A DNA stretch of 64,000 nt from Candidatus Brocadiia bacterium (lineage in GTDB: Bacteria; Planctomycetota; Brocadiia; SM23-32), in NCBI GenBank assembly GCA_046538485.1, contig JBKHIT010000012.1:1-64000 (forward strand), given 5' to 3'. Position 1 is the first letter of the stretch, and each line of letters starts with the position of its first letter. The notes under the pieces were generated by a model. It was not told where the DNA came from. It worked only from the letters and a program-made list of their open reading frames with translations, and did no database searches. The translations under genes were made by a program, and so were the position numbers. Shown one piece after another: positions 21,007 through 31,682 of the stretch.

Positions 21007-22074
21007 TTATGACAGAGACATTTCGTACGGGAGGACTCTTTCCAAATCCGGTTCTTGGCCCAGCGCCACCCGTTCAATCATTTTTGTTACATCGATCATA
21101 TCCGAGAGGAGTTCATCACGGCGAGTTTGCCATCGGCCGGCGTCATAGTCACGCAGTATCTCCGTCCCCCGCTCGATCGCAGCCTGTTCTTGTTCCGGGG
21201 TGAAATTGCTCACCAAACCATACAGCTCCTCCTGTTCATCGGTATACCCCCTCCCGAGGGGGTCGACAAAAACGCCCGGGACCCCGAGCACCGCTGCCTC
21301 AGAGCACATCGTCGCACTCTCTCCGAACATCAGCGATGCAAAAGCCATCAAATCATGAATCCGGGAGACGGGCAAATCGAGTCTGTACTGCTCGAGGCCT
21401 TCGGGCAATGGTCCCTCGCAGGAGATGAAAACCGGCCCAAATTTGTTGAGTCTTTTGACCGCCTCGATTCTACCCTCCTCGGAAAACCCATGTCGTCCGA
21501 TATCGTGGGCGGCCCCCCAACCCACAAAACGGACCACGGAAAAGGTCTCCCCTTCGCCGAGACCGACCGCCTTCAGCACGGTAGAATCCGGAGTGAAATA
21601 CTCGGGGTGAAGATACGCGAGTTCGTGATACCCGCTGTAGCGTCGATGGCGCCACCGTATCGGTTTTCGGTAGCAGCGAGGCACGTGGACGCAGGTCGCG
21701 AAAGGATAGGCCAGCATATTCGAAAGCGTGGCATGTTCGGTATCATAAAAAACGTGCGTCGGAGTACCGGTCAGGAACCCGATCAGGCTGACGCAGGTCC
21801 CCGCAACAGCCAGTATCCTGTCGGGTTTGTAATCCCGCACAATCCCCAGCAGTCGCCACCAGCGATAAAGCAACTCACATCCCAGGTGGAAAAGACCGGC
21901 GCGCGCCCTTCCGAAAATCTCCACTTCCAGCTCATACTCTTCGGCGAGTTTCGCAAGTATATCCTTATCGCGCCCCGTGATTTTTACGCTGTGCCCTTTC
22001 CGGCGCAAATGGGCCACCGCATTCCGGAATATGTGCACATCAGCGGGATGCTGGAAATCGATCAGTATTTTCAC
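21007..22074 (-). CDS. DUF354 domain protein (GT-B-like)
   Basis: IDFQHPADVHIF, YDTEHA, YHELAYLHP, RFVGWGAAHD, ESATMCSEAAVLGVP. Confidence 0.88.
   Translation of the reverse strand: MKILIDFQHPADVHIFRNAVAHLRRKGHSVKITGRDKDILAKLAEEYELEVEIFGRARAGLFHLGCELLYRWWRLLGIVRDYKPDRILAVAGTCVSLIGFLTGTPTHVFYDTEHATLSNMLAYPFATCVHVPRCYRKPIRWRHRRYSGYHELAYLHPEYFTPDSTVLKAVGLGEGETFSVVRFVGWGAAHDIGRHGFSEEGRIEAVKRLNKFGPVFISCEGPLPEGLEQYRLDLPVSRIHDLMAFASLMFGESATMCSEAAVLGVPGVFVDPLGRGYTDEQEELYGLVSNFTPEQEQAAIERGTEILRDYDAGRWQTRRDELLSDMIDVTKMIERVALGQEPDLERVLPYEMSLS
21701..21801. repeat. 101-bp perfect direct repeat with 34413-34513
   Basis: aaaggatagg...gcaggtccc is identical in both DUF354 genes. Confidence 0.9.
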
Positions 22075-22341
22075 TGTCTTCTCTTCCCACAGCCAGAACG
22101 ATTCGAACTGCTGTTATTCATCAAAAAGACACCGCCGAGCGGCCGGTTCGCCTCACCCGCCGGGCTAAATCTCTCTTTTCATTTGTGATGATACAACAAA
22201 ACAGGGCAAAAGTCCTGAGTCTATCCCAAAATTTCCCCTTTGACATTCCTGAGAGATAGTGTCGGACAACTCGACTGAACCCGATTTTGCTACTGGCGCA
22301 TTATGCCTCTGTGACGCGCCCCGGCGGGCATCTTCTGCAGA

Positions 22342-23142
22342 TTACACTTCGACATCCGGAAGCCATGGGACCAGGCGGTGCATAACGGATGATAGCAAAG
22401 CGTTGAAGCTGATTCCGATCAATCCGGTCACGAGTATCCCCGCGTAAAGTTCCTCCATACGCATTGTCTCCCAGGCTCTCCATACCATCGCACCGAGCCC
22501 CCGGCGGGCATACACCAGTTCCACGGCTACGGTGACCACCAGCGCACTGTTAAAACCCAGCCGCGTTCCCGTCAATGTCATGGGCAGGCTACCGGGCCAC
22601 ACAACCCGGCGGAAGATTTTGAGGGGGCCGGCTCGGAAGTTCCTGGCGACTTCAAAATGTTCTCCGCTGATTTGTTTAACCCCGTTCATGCTATTTATCA
22701 GAACAGGGAAAAATGCGGCAAGGGCGATCACCGCCACTTTGGAGGTGTCGCCGATCCCTAAAAACGCCATGACAAGCGGCAAAACAGCAATTTTTGGAAT
22801 TGGGTGAACCAATCCGACGAGTGGATCAACCACGGACCGCAGCCGCCTGGACCAACCCATTCCCAATCCCAAACACAAACCCGTGACTCCGCCCAACCCA
22901 AACCCGATGAATAGCCGCGCCAAAGTAACACCAGCGTTCAATGGTAACTCCCCCGATCTCAATAGTCGCACGACACACGCGACGGTCACTGTTGGTGCAG
23001 GGAAAAAAGCCGGTGAGAGCAATTCAAGCCGAGCGGCACATTCCCACAGAACGCCCGTAACAAAAATTATGGCCGCCGCTATGAGTCCCCCTCTCCAGTG
23101 AAATTTGGTCTCTTTATCCGTTGTGGTTACTGGCGCGTCCAC
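22342..23142 (-). CDS. ABC transporter permease (NitT/TauT; SsuC/TauC-like)
   Basis: PIPKIAVLPL, FFPVLINSMNG, EAA-like EVARNFRA. Confidence 0.9.
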   Translation of the reverse strand: MDAPVTTTDKETKFHWRGGLIAAAIIFVTGVLWECAARLELLSPAFFPAPTVTVACVVRLLRSGELPLNAGVTLARLFIGFGLGGVTGLCLGLGMGWSRRLRSVVDPLVGLVHPIPKIAVLPLVMAFLGIGDTSKVAVIALAAFFPVLINSMNGVKQISGEHFEVARNFRAGPLKIFRRVVWPGSLPMTLTGTRLGFNSALVVTVAVELVYARRGLGAMVWRAWETMRMEELYAGILVTGLIGISFNALLSSVMHRLVPWLPDVEV

Positions 23143-23903
23143 GATGCCCTCCTCACTTCCTCTTCTATCTGCGACCATATATGATGAATCGTTCGGAGGG
23201 CTTCCGGAGCTTCAAGCACATCCGGTTCCCGCGGTCGTTCGAGGGGGATGGCAACTGTATCTCGAATTTGGGCCGGGTGGTCTGTCATAACAAGCACTCG
23301 ATCACCCAGCAGAACCGCTTCACGTATGTCATGGGTAACATACAACACAAGTTTTTGGTTTTCTTGCCAGATACGGAGCAGTTCCTCTTGCAGTATAATT
23401 TTGGTTTGAGCATCGAGCGAACCAAAAGGTTCATCCATAAGCAATACATCTGGTTCAGCTATAAAAGCACGGGCAATATTCGCCCTCTGTCTCATACCGA
23501 CAGAAAGCTCATGCGGAAGGTTTTCAGTGCAACGCTGCAATCCGAAACGGTTGAGGTACTGACGCGCTCGGCGCCGACGATCCTTTTTCCCCACTCCCCG
23601 GCATTCCAGAGGAAACGCAACGTTGTCCACCACCGTCATCCAGGGGTAAAGCGCATGTTGCTGGAAAACCAGCGCCGTTGTGGGATCCTGTTCGTATTGG
23701 TGGTTCCGGAACGAAATTGTTCCGGAGCTGGGAGATTCCAGCCCGGCTATGATTCTGAGCAGAGTTGTCTTACCGCAACCACTGGGACCGACCAGGCATA
23801 GAAACTCCGAGTCCTCGGCATCGAAGGTAACGTCATCAAGTGCCGGCACAGGACCATTCGCCGTATCAAATGTTTTGCTTAGATGTCGGCTTTCAAGAAA
23901 CAT
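23127..23903 (-). CDS. ABC transporter ATP-binding protein (SsuB/TauB-like)
   Basis: GPSGCGKT, LSVGMRQR, LLMDEPF, VTHD. Confidence 0.93.
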   Translation of the reverse strand: MFLESRHLSKTFDTANGPVPALDDVTFDAEDSEFLCLVGPSGCGKTTLLRIIAGLESPSSGTISFRNHQYEQDPTTALVFQQHALYPWMTVVDNVAFPLECRGVGKKDRRRRARQYLNRFGLQRCTENLPHELSVGMRQRANIARAFIAEPDVLLMDEPFGSLDAQTKIILQEELLRIWQENQKLVLYVTHDIREAVLLGDRVLVMTDHPAQIRDTVAIPLERPREPDVLEAPEALRTIHHIWSQIEEEVRRASWTRQ

Positions 23904-23945
23904 CTCGATTTTCTTTTCAAAAATGGTAGCGTTTTCCGTCGCCTT

Positions 23946-24983
23946 TTACTCGTGCTTTCGCCTCTTCTGCAATTCGGGGCTTTCCAATTTTTCCCGGGCA
24001 TATTCAACGAACTGAGTATCAAGGTATTCTTCAGATTTCAGCACCCGCGTGAGCAGTCCCCGCTTATGGGCCCAGGCTTGAAAATTTTGAATGCTCTCGA
24101 CATTGATACTGGCGTCGTTTCGGATAAAAGGCCAACCCGCTTCCTTCAAGAGTTCTTGGTCCAGCCCTGTAGCTCGTTCCAGGACCTTCAGGTTGCGTTT
24201 GGTTTTACCTTCGTTATACAGCCGAATGCCTTTCATATATGCAATCATGAAACGGCGCCCCAGTTCCGGTTCATCTCGAACTAATCGCGGCCCGAAAAGA
24301 ATCGTTGCATATTGGTAACCCGGCATAGTCTCGTAGTCTCTGCAGGCAATTATGGAGCCCCCGGCTCTCCGAGCTCGCGCGATCCAGGGCTCACCCGTCA
24401 TAAGGCCATCAATTTTTCGGCTCTTGAGAGCGTCGATGCCGGAGGAAGGATGTATGTAGACGAACCGCACATCATTCACGTTGACGCCCAATTTCTTCAG
24501 ACTTCGATGGGTAAACCAAATACCGTTCGTATCGGGAGGTGCGGAAATCCGCAACGGCTTGATTTTTTTCAGTTTTTCCCCCAGGTCTCCCCCGGCAAGA
24601 TCGTCCCGCACAAGCAATGCCAGATAGGGAAGGGCTTCAGTAGACATATTGCCTTTGTCAGCGACCAGACGGATCTCAAGATTACTATCAATGGCATTGA
24701 AGATTCCCAAACTGATACTGCCCGCCGCCACATCAAGTTTGCCCCGAGCCAGGGCGGGAAGTGCATGTGAGGATCTTTTGACGTGAACCAATTCCACCTC
24801 AAGACCTTCTTCCTCAAAAAAACCCTCTTCGCGAGCGATATGGATGGGTGCAAAGCTCAGATACGGCAAGGCAACAACCCTCAAGGTGGCTTTTTCTTGA
24901 CCTGAAGATTCCGGTTTTTTGCAACCTGCTAAAATTACGGTCAGCACAAGAATCCCCAGCACTATTTTTTTGGTAATCTTCAT
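23946..24983 (-). CDS. ABC substrate-binding lipoprotein (NMT1/SsuA/TauA-like)
   Basis: Lipobox ILAGC; APIHIAREEGFFEEEGLEVE. Confidence 0.9.
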   Translation of the reverse strand: MKITKKIVLGILVLTVILAGCKKPESSGQEKATLRVVALPYLSFAPIHIAREEGFFEEEGLEVELVHVKRSSHALPALARGKLDVAAGSISLGIFNAIDSNLEIRLVADKGNMSTEALPYLALLVRDDLAGGDLGEKLKKIKPLRISAPPDTNGIWFTHRSLKKLGVNVNDVRFVYIHPSSGIDALKSRKIDGLMTGEPWIARARRAGGSIIACRDYETMPGYQYATILFGPRLVRDEPELGRRFMIAYMKGIRLYNEGKTKRNLKVLERATGLDQELLKEAGWPFIRNDASINVESIQNFQAWAHKRGLLTRVLKSEEYLDTQFVEYAREKLESPELQKRRKHE

Positions 24984-25114
24984 CCTGCTTTCCTTTTCCA
25001 GATCGTTTGACGCTGCAATTTGTCGGTTATTCAGTCAGGCGTCGCTGTGCCCTCGAAAAAATCTCATCTAAAGACTCCTCTCCATTAGCATAACAGAATT
25101 GGACCGCATCCTAC

Positions 25115-26689
25115 CTACAGCGGCTTTCGCCGCAACGGGAGGAGTTTGCCAGCGGACGTCCACAATGGCTCCTGGCTACGCACTTCCAACGAATTGCCTC
25201 TTTCCCATATCTGCGCCGCGTACCCCGCCCCTGAATTCCCTTTTCGTAAGCCGTCCAGCAGGACCTGCCGCATCGCTCTTTCATCTTCGATCACTACACG
25301 TGGATGCACCAGAAGAACAAGTTTGGTCAACCCCTGCCCATCTTCCTCCTCCATAAGCTGGTAGTCCAATGCCGAGCCTCCGAACCGAGCGGGAAGTTCA
25401 GACTGAAGCAACTCGGCGAGATCGGTATGCACAAGCGAGACTCCCTCCCCTGTCAGTTTCGCGAAGCTACGAATCCGCCGAAGATGGAGGTCGAAACCTA
25501 TTCGCCCAAGCGGACATCCGCAGTCGCGCCGTTCGACTATCGCATAATCATCAAGGCCCGTATTGAGCATCAACTTGCTGGCCGCCGGAGATAAAGTCGT
25601 CAGATATAACGCATCAACCGTTCCATCGATCCCCTCGACCGACCTTTTCCGTTGAACGAGAGCGAACGAATCGAGCGCCACATGAACATCGCTGCCATCC
25701 AGCGGCTCTGCGCATCCCGAACCGATGCCACCCGCTTCGGTGGTGGCATAATTCGGTATCCATCGGGCGCCTGTTTCATGCATCGTGCTCACTTTCTCCG
25801 GCGTTGGGGGCTCCCCGCCCCCGTGAAAAGTCACCCCTTCGAGGCTGAGTCCCTGCTCGGCCGCACCGAGGCAAGCACGAACCGCCATACTTACACCAGC
25901 ACTTACCACACAAGGACCCTCATCTTCCAAAGTGCTTTTGATCCATTTCAGCAAAGGCCGGGGGCTGGACAGCGAACTCAAGCGAGGTACCGGTATCTTC
26001 CCACCAAACAGACGGCTTACAAGTAGAACGTAAAAGAGAATACAACGCCTTTTGAGTGTGCTCTCGCTTAAATCAATTGGCACGAACCACTCACGCGCGG
26101 GATTGCCCAACACCACTTGCCTGAGCACGTTGAAGAAACCGGACGACGCCGGGAGGGTGGGCCGCCACGCCGCATAGGGCTGATCAATTATTCCATGGGA
26201 CTCACATACCAGTATGCGCCATGCGCATTCCCAATAGATCTGTTCCAGGTCCACAGCCACGCGCTTGCCCGCACCGGTGGATCCCCCCGTCCTGGCCGCA
26301 TAACATTGAGTGAGATATGGGTTGTCGAAATCGTTCGCTGTCACATCGACCTTCACCCCGTTGCGCACAATCGGTTTGTAACCCTTGAATTCTTCAAAAT
26401 CGATGTAAACCCCCCTCTCGTAGAGCTCCTCCAGCGCATTCTCCAGTCCCTGCTTCAGCACTAAAGAACGCAACCTGGAAAAATCAATCCCGGCCGCACG
26501 CAACAGCGGCAGATAGGGACTCCGCGAATAGCCGAATATACCCTTCCTGGCGAGACGAAGAAAGAGTTCCTCTCGGTGTGCCAGTCTCCATCTGACCGCC
26601 TTCTGTGCCTGCGAAACGGTTATACGTTTGCGAAGGAAAGGACCCAGACCGAAACCGAAACGGCCGTACATAAGTATGCGCTTCAACAC
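25115..26689 (-). CDS. Divergent PaaK/CapK-like adenylate-forming protein
   Basis: TGGSTG loop, GGGEP, YATTE, DDY...CGC..GR motifs; GTG start with AGAGGA RBS. Confidence 0.7.
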   Translation of the reverse strand: MLKRILMYGRFGFGLGPFLRKRITVSQAQKAVRWRLAHREELFLRLARKGIFGYSRSPYLPLLRAAGIDFSRLRSLVLKQGLENALEELYERGVYIDFEEFKGYKPIVRNGVKVDVTANDFDNPYLTQCYAARTGGSTGAGKRVAVDLEQIYWECAWRILVCESHGIIDQPYAAWRPTLPASSGFFNVLRQVVLGNPAREWFVPIDLSESTLKRRCILFYVLLVSRLFGGKIPVPRLSSLSSPRPLLKWIKSTLEDEGPCVVSAGVSMAVRACLGAAEQGLSLEGVTFHGGGEPPTPEKVSTMHETGARWIPNYATTEAGGIGSGCAEPLDGSDVHVALDSFALVQRKRSVEGIDGTVDALYLTTLSPAASKLMLNTGLDDYAIVERRDCGCPLGRIGFDLHLRRIRSFAKLTGEGVSLVHTDLAELLQSELPARFGGSALDYQLMEEEDGQGLTKLVLLVHPRVVIEDERAMRQVLLDGLRKGNSGAGYAAQIWERGNSLEVRSQEPLWTSAGKLLPLRRKPL

Positions 26690-26868
26690 ATCAATCCTCT
26701 GAAAATCTCGTCGGGACCCGTTACCGTGCCGTTTCCTCCGTGACCTCCCGCATGAAGCGAAACATGCAAGAAAACTCTCATTATACAGCAGGATACCGGG
26801 ACCTCCAACCGTTTGCTGGCATATTGCCATTCGGAGGGTTTTAAAACCGCCTCAACACATCACGCCTG

Positions 26869-26896
26869 TTGACAAATGACCGTGTAAGGTTATCCT
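26869..26896 (+). promoter_or_regulatory. Putative sigma70 promoter for the ligase operon
   Basis: TTGACA-N16-TATCCT ~47 bp upstream of ATG 26943. Confidence 0.5.
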
Positions 26897-26942
26897 CTTT
26901 TTTGAGCATACAAATTTGAGTCAGTTAATCAGGTGGCTTGAC

Positions 26943-28241
26943 ATGAAACCTGCACATCTATGGGCCGCCAGAGCTCTCATTGGCCTATCACCACCATCGC
27001 CTGAAAAGATACATCAGATCCAGGAACGCGCCCTTCGCCAACTCGTCCAACATGCCTATCATCGTGTGCCTTTCTACCGCCGGCTGTTCGACAACCACGG
27101 TATATCCCCAAAGGATATCAGGAAACTTGAGGACCTTCCTCGCCTGCCAATCTCGTCACGGAAAAAACTCCAAAACACAAGCCTCTCTGATCGAATCGCG
27201 GATGGTATCGACCCTGCCAGTCTCCGTCGCGTAAAGACCAGTGGTTCAACCGGTCAGCCGCTGACGATCTGCAAAACGTCCATAGAAAAGCGGCTCTTCT
27301 GGTGTTACTGGAATCGGGCCTTTCACCATTTCGGCGGATCTCTCACCGATCGGCGTACAGGTATTTCAGTGCCCCATCACCATCACCAACGCAACCTGCT
27401 GAAACCTCTGATAAAGGCGATGGGTATAATGCGGAGCGAACAGATCAATTGCTGCAAGCCCACAAAAGAAATTATGGCCCAGCTCCGCCGCTCCGAATTC
27501 GACATCCTGGTCGGGATGCCGGGTATGATCTATCACCTGGCCGATCGTACCACGAAAAAAGATCGACAGGCCATCCGGCCGAAATATGTGGAGCTCGGCG
27601 GTGATACGCTCACCAAACCCATGCGGCAGCGTATCAGCAAGACCTTCGGCGCCCCGGTCCGGCTCACTTACGGGAGCCATGAACTATCTCTTATCGCCTG
27701 GGAATGCACCGAGACGGGCAAGATGCATACCTGCGACGATGCCTTAATCGTGGAAATCCTCAAAGACGGGCGTCCCGCAAAACCCGGTGAAACGGGCGAA
27801 TTAGTCGCTACGAACCTGATCTCCTACGCGATGCCGTTTATCCGCTACCGCCAGGGTGATCTCGTGACCCAGGGTTCCCCCAAATGCCCCTGCGGCGCGC
27901 CCTTTGGAACAATCAAGAAGGTGAAAGGCCGGGTTGTCGACTACATCAAGCTGCCCGGAGGGCAGATGCTGCACCCTTTTACCATAATCGGACCGGTCGT
28001 ATACGAGGCAGGGTGGGTGGCCAAATACCAAATCGTGCAACACAGCCTCAACTCTGTGTCAATCTTGATTCGGCCACTGCGACAACCACGAAAAAACGAA
28101 TTAGAAACCCTTGAAAGAGCTGTCAGAAAAGCTTTGCAAAACAAACTGCGTTTCAAAATTAAACTCGTCGACAAAATTGCGCAAATCCCGGGCGAAAAAT
28201 ACAGGCTTGTTCGCTCGGAGTTGACCGATGGCTCAACATAA
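26943..28241 (+). CDS. Phenylacetate-CoA ligase / CapK family protein
   Basis: AYHRVPFY, TSGSTGQP, YGSHE, MPFIRYRQGD, CPCG. Confidence 0.88.
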   Translation: MKPAHLWAARALIGLSPPSPEKIHQIQERALRQLVQHAYHRVPFYRRLFDNHGISPKDIRKLEDLPRLPISSRKKLQNTSLSDRIADGIDPASLRRVKTSGSTGQPLTICKTSIEKRLFWCYWNRAFHHFGGSLTDRRTGISVPHHHHQRNLLKPLIKAMGIMRSEQINCCKPTKEIMAQLRRSEFDILVGMPGMIYHLADRTTKKDRQAIRPKYVELGGDTLTKPMRQRISKTFGAPVRLTYGSHELSLIAWECTETGKMHTCDDALIVEILKDGRPAKPGETGELVATNLISYAMPFIRYRQGDLVTQGSPKCPCGAPFGTIKKVKGRVVDYIKLPGGQMLHPFTIIGPVVYEAGWVAKYQIVQHSLNSVSILIRPLRQPRKNELETLERAVRKALQNKLRFKIKLVDKIAQIPGEKYRLVRSELTDGST

Positions 28242-28309
28242 AAAACAAGAAATCCCCCTTTGAAACCGGTGGTAAAAAGCTGGCAACGGACGAGACATCC
28301 AAAGAGACG

Positions 28310-29671
28310 ATGCGAGTGCATAGACTCCCCCTCATCGGGCGGATACTGCGCTCCCCTCCTCCGTCCATCCTCATTCATGACCTCTACCCGCTCCCCAGTA
28401 TTCGGCACGGTTCTTCTCCGGCCGCCGGGTGGCAAAGTTTTGATCAAAGGGCTCTTCTACTGGCACGTGAAGGTGATATTATCTGTCTGGGAACGCATCC
28501 CGATCCCCATTTTCTCGACTACCTGAAGGAATTCGATTTTGGGCCGGACAACGAAAACATTTTGGTGCTCAACAAGGGGACGCATCAGAAAACCGGTAAA
28601 GATCTTGCCGCAGAACTTCTCAGCAACCCCGGATGCCTGGAACGCCTCTTCAGGTGCCTCCAGGGAACCACAAAGGCCGAAATCTGCCCGTATTTTCCTG
28701 CGGAATCCCACTTCGAACTCGCTCAATTGTTGCGGGACACAGGGGGCATTTCGGCCTCAGTTCAGGCCGCTCGTCCAGAAGTTGCGCGCACTGCCGCCGA
28801 CAAAAGCGTTGTCAGAAAGGCTGCCCGAGATATGCAAGTTCCCCTTGCACCAGGGGCAATAGTGCGCACATCGCCGGAGAAAATTGGTCCCCTCAACGAA
28901 GCTGTGCATGAAATGGCCCGCCAGACCGGCAGGGTCCTGCTGCGGGGCACAATCGGTGCTGGAGGGAGTACGACTTTCCTTCTCGAAGAGAACATCCCCG
29001 ATCTGCAAAAAGTGATCTCAAAAGCCAAACAGACCCCTGATGCATGGCTCGTCGACGTGCACTATAAAATTCGCTGTTCCCCCAACATAGAATTCTTCCT
29101 CAATCAGAAATCGGGAAAAGCCACCTGCGTGGGCGTGACCGATCAACGTTTCGATGACAAACTGAACCACCTCGGCAACGCATGGCCGTCCCGAGCGCAC
29201 ACTATGCCTGATATGGTAAAAGCAGGCGCTCGCATGGCTGACTGGTATCTGAATATGGGCGGTAAAGGTTTAGTGGGGATGGATTTTGTGGAATATGAGA
29301 ACCCCAAAACCGGACAAATACAGTTCTTGCTGGCCGAATTGAACCCGCGGATCAACGCAGCAACGTATCCACTGGCAATCGTCGAGCGCCTGAACCACCA
29401 TCGAAAGAACCAAGGTCTCCACCCCATAAAAACCTTTTTCTCGGGACACATCGCAACCGGATGCAAAGATTTCAACGATCTGAGAAAGCGTATCGAAACG
29501 GTTCTTTACAGGCCGAATAGCCAGAGCGGTCTCTTTCCTTACAACACAGGTGCCCTCTTTGACGGGCACTTCGGGGCGGTTATATGCGCCACTGACAGGA
29601 AAGAAGGTGAAGCGATCCTGAAAGAAACGGTCCAACGCGCGAAACCCATGTCAGAAAATCAGGAGCTTTGA
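28310..29671 (+). CDS. ATP-grasp ligase (pre-ATP-grasp / PGM1-like amide ligase)
   Basis: RALLLAREGD N-terminal domain, DKSVVR, GAGG, SPNIE, GMDFV, AELNPRINAATYP. Confidence 0.75.
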   Translation: MRVHRLPLIGRILRSPPPSILIHDLYPLPSIRHGSSPAAGWQSFDQRALLLAREGDIICLGTHPDPHFLDYLKEFDFGPDNENILVLNKGTHQKTGKDLAAELLSNPGCLERLFRCLQGTTKAEICPYFPAESHFELAQLLRDTGGISASVQAARPEVARTAADKSVVRKAARDMQVPLAPGAIVRTSPEKIGPLNEAVHEMARQTGRVLLRGTIGAGGSTTFLLEENIPDLQKVISKAKQTPDAWLVDVHYKIRCSPNIEFFLNQKSGKATCVGVTDQRFDDKLNHLGNAWPSRAHTMPDMVKAGARMADWYLNMGGKGLVGMDFVEYENPKTGQIQFLLAELNPRINAATYPLAIVERLNHHRKNQGLHPIKTFFSGHIATGCKDFNDLRKRIETVLYRPNSQSGLFPYNTGALFDGHFGAVICATDRKEGEAILKETVQRAKPMSENQEL

Positions 29672-29672
29672 T

Positions 29673-30983
29673 ATGAAATCAGCACATTTGTTCGCCGCAA
29701 GGGCTCTTATGGGCCTGCCGCCCCCATCACCTGAAAAAATACGTCAGATCCAGGAACGCGCCCTGCGTCAGCTCGTCCAGCATGCTTACCACCGTGTGCC
29801 CTTCTACCGCCAGCTGTTCGACAATCACGGTGTCTCGCCGAAGAATATCAGAAGTCTTGAGGACCTCCATCGTCTGCCTGTTATCTCACGGAAAGACCTG
29901 CAGCAAACAGACATGCCCAGCAGGATCGCGGAAGGCGTCGACATTGAAAAACTCTTTATCGAAAGAACAAGCGGTTCAAGCGGGGAACCTTTGACGGTTC
30001 TCAATACGTATCTGGAGCGTCGTCTCTTTTTCGGATACTATACCCGCGTTCGTCGCCATTTCGGTTTAAGAGCAACCGATTCTCTTGTCTCCATTACAAT
30101 ACCTCCGTGCGTGCCAGATGTATGCCTGCCAAAACGCCTGGCCCACTGGCTGAATCTGTATCGGAACAAAAGCATCAACGCCCTCCAACCGACCCGAGAT
30201 ATCCTGCGAATTATGCGCAAGCATCAAATCGATATCTTAGCGGGGATGCCAACCGCGCTTCACGAACTGGCCATTCATGCCACAAGGGAGGATCAGCAGG
30301 CGATCCGTCCGAAATGCATCCAATCAGGCGGTGATACGCTGACACCTTCCGTGCAAAAACGCTTGCGGGAAGTCTTCCGCGCACCGGTCCGGCAGGCCTA
30401 CGGAAGTCATGAATTCAAGCTCATTGCCTGGGAATGCACCGAGACCGGCGAGATGCACACCTGCGATGACGCTCTGATTGTAGAAATCCTAAAAGACGGG
30501 CGCCCCGCAAAACCCGGTGAAACGGGTGAATTGGTCGCGACGAACCTGATTTCCTATGCAATGCCCTTCATCCGCTACCGTCTGGGTGATCTCGTGACCC
30601 AGGGTTCCCCCAAATGCTCCTGCGGCGCCCCGTTTGGAACCCTCCGGAAGGTGGAAGGGCGGGCGATGGACTACCTTAAACTCCCTGGAGGGCAGAAACT
30701 CCATCCCTACGTCGTGCTCTCACCGATCCTCTACGAAACCGATTGGGTCGCGAAATACCAGATCGTCCAGCACAGCCTGAAATCGGCCACCATGTTGATC
30801 CAACCGCTACGCGAACCGTCCGAGGCCGAAGTAAGAAAAAGCGAAACACGGGTCAGGAAGGCCCTGGCGGGAGCTCTGGATTTCAAAATAAAAATCGTGG
30901 GCAACATACCGCCGAATCCAGGCGGTAAACACCGAATCCTGCGCTTCGAACCGGACAATAAGCCCAAAAGTGCCAGCCAGTAA
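29673..30983 (+). CDS. Phenylacetate-CoA ligase / CapK family protein (paralog of 26943-28241)
   Basis: TSGSSGEP, YGSHE, MPFIRYRLGD; N- and C-terminal blocks nearly identical to the paralog. Confidence 0.88.
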   Translation: MKSAHLFAARALMGLPPPSPEKIRQIQERALRQLVQHAYHRVPFYRQLFDNHGVSPKNIRSLEDLHRLPVISRKDLQQTDMPSRIAEGVDIEKLFIERTSGSSGEPLTVLNTYLERRLFFGYYTRVRRHFGLRATDSLVSITIPPCVPDVCLPKRLAHWLNLYRNKSINALQPTRDILRIMRKHQIDILAGMPTALHELAIHATREDQQAIRPKCIQSGGDTLTPSVQKRLREVFRAPVRQAYGSHEFKLIAWECTETGEMHTCDDALIVEILKDGRPAKPGETGELVATNLISYAMPFIRYRLGDLVTQGSPKCSCGAPFGTLRKVEGRAMDYLKLPGGQKLHPYVVLSPILYETDWVAKYQIVQHSLKSATMLIQPLREPSEAEVRKSETRVRKALAGALDFKIKIVGNIPPNPGGKHRILRFEPDNKPKSASQ

Positions 30984-31040
30984 AGGCCATAGCTGACTTC
31001 ACTGGATCTATGTCCGCAACATTGAAAATCTCCGCCTTTT

Positions 31041-31682
31041 TTATTTTTTCTCATCGTGCATTTTGCGCCGCACTCCCTTGAAACACAACACACGCCAGAG
31101 GACCAACTTGGCTGTTTTCTCGTAGCCCGCCTTCACCATAGCAGCCCTTGCGGATTGGGTATCAGCCAGAACGACCGACCAGATCCTCCCGTAACCAGCG
31201 TCTTTTGCCCTTTTCATTGCCTCGGCCGCAATCGCCGAACCAATTCCGCGTCCACGATATTGCGGATGGACAAACACGCCCGTCACCCAGGCATCGGTGG
31301 ACTCAACATCCAGGGCTTTTTGTAATACAGGATCCCGTTTCGGCAGGTGGTCGATGACGCAGGCAAACGCCACAATATTACCCTGTCCCACGGCCACCAG
31401 AGGGATGCCCTCTCCCCCGGTTAGCCGGTGAAGTGTGGCAGAGCTGCGCCAAAACTTATGGGCGGACAACATCCGGTGCAAAAACTCAACATCTTCCGGC
31501 ACACCTTTGCGAAATTCAAAGCCTCCGGGCAGGGGACGATTTGGAATCGGATCATGCAGAGAGCGCATCATTAGAATCATCCGTTCCCGCCGGTAGATAA
31601 AATGCCAGATAAAAGATTTTATGAAGGCAAGAAGTCCATTGACCTTCAGATAGTCGGCGATTTCATTGAATTCATACCTCAT
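31041..31682 (-). CDS. GNAT family N-acetyltransferase
   Basis: VFVHPQYRGRGIG motif A. Confidence 0.88.
   Translation of the reverse strand: MRYEFNEIADYLKVNGLLAFIKSFIWHFIYRRERMILMMRSLHDPIPNRPLPGGFEFRKGVPEDVEFLHRMLSAHKFWRSSATLHRLTGGEGIPLVAVGQGNIVAFACVIDHLPKRDPVLQKALDVESTDAWVTGVFVHPQYRGRGIGSAIAAEAMKRAKDAGYGRIWSVVLADTQSARAAMVKAGYEKTAKLVLWRVLCFKGVRRKMHDEKK

Noticed and set aside
21055..22188. 377-aa plus-strand ORF
   Set aside because: Antisense shadow of the DUF354 gene with no recognisable motifs.
26943..30983. Phenylacetate catabolism (paaK)
   Set aside because: No other paa genes in the window; the context is surface-glycan biosynthesis, so no symbol was assigned.
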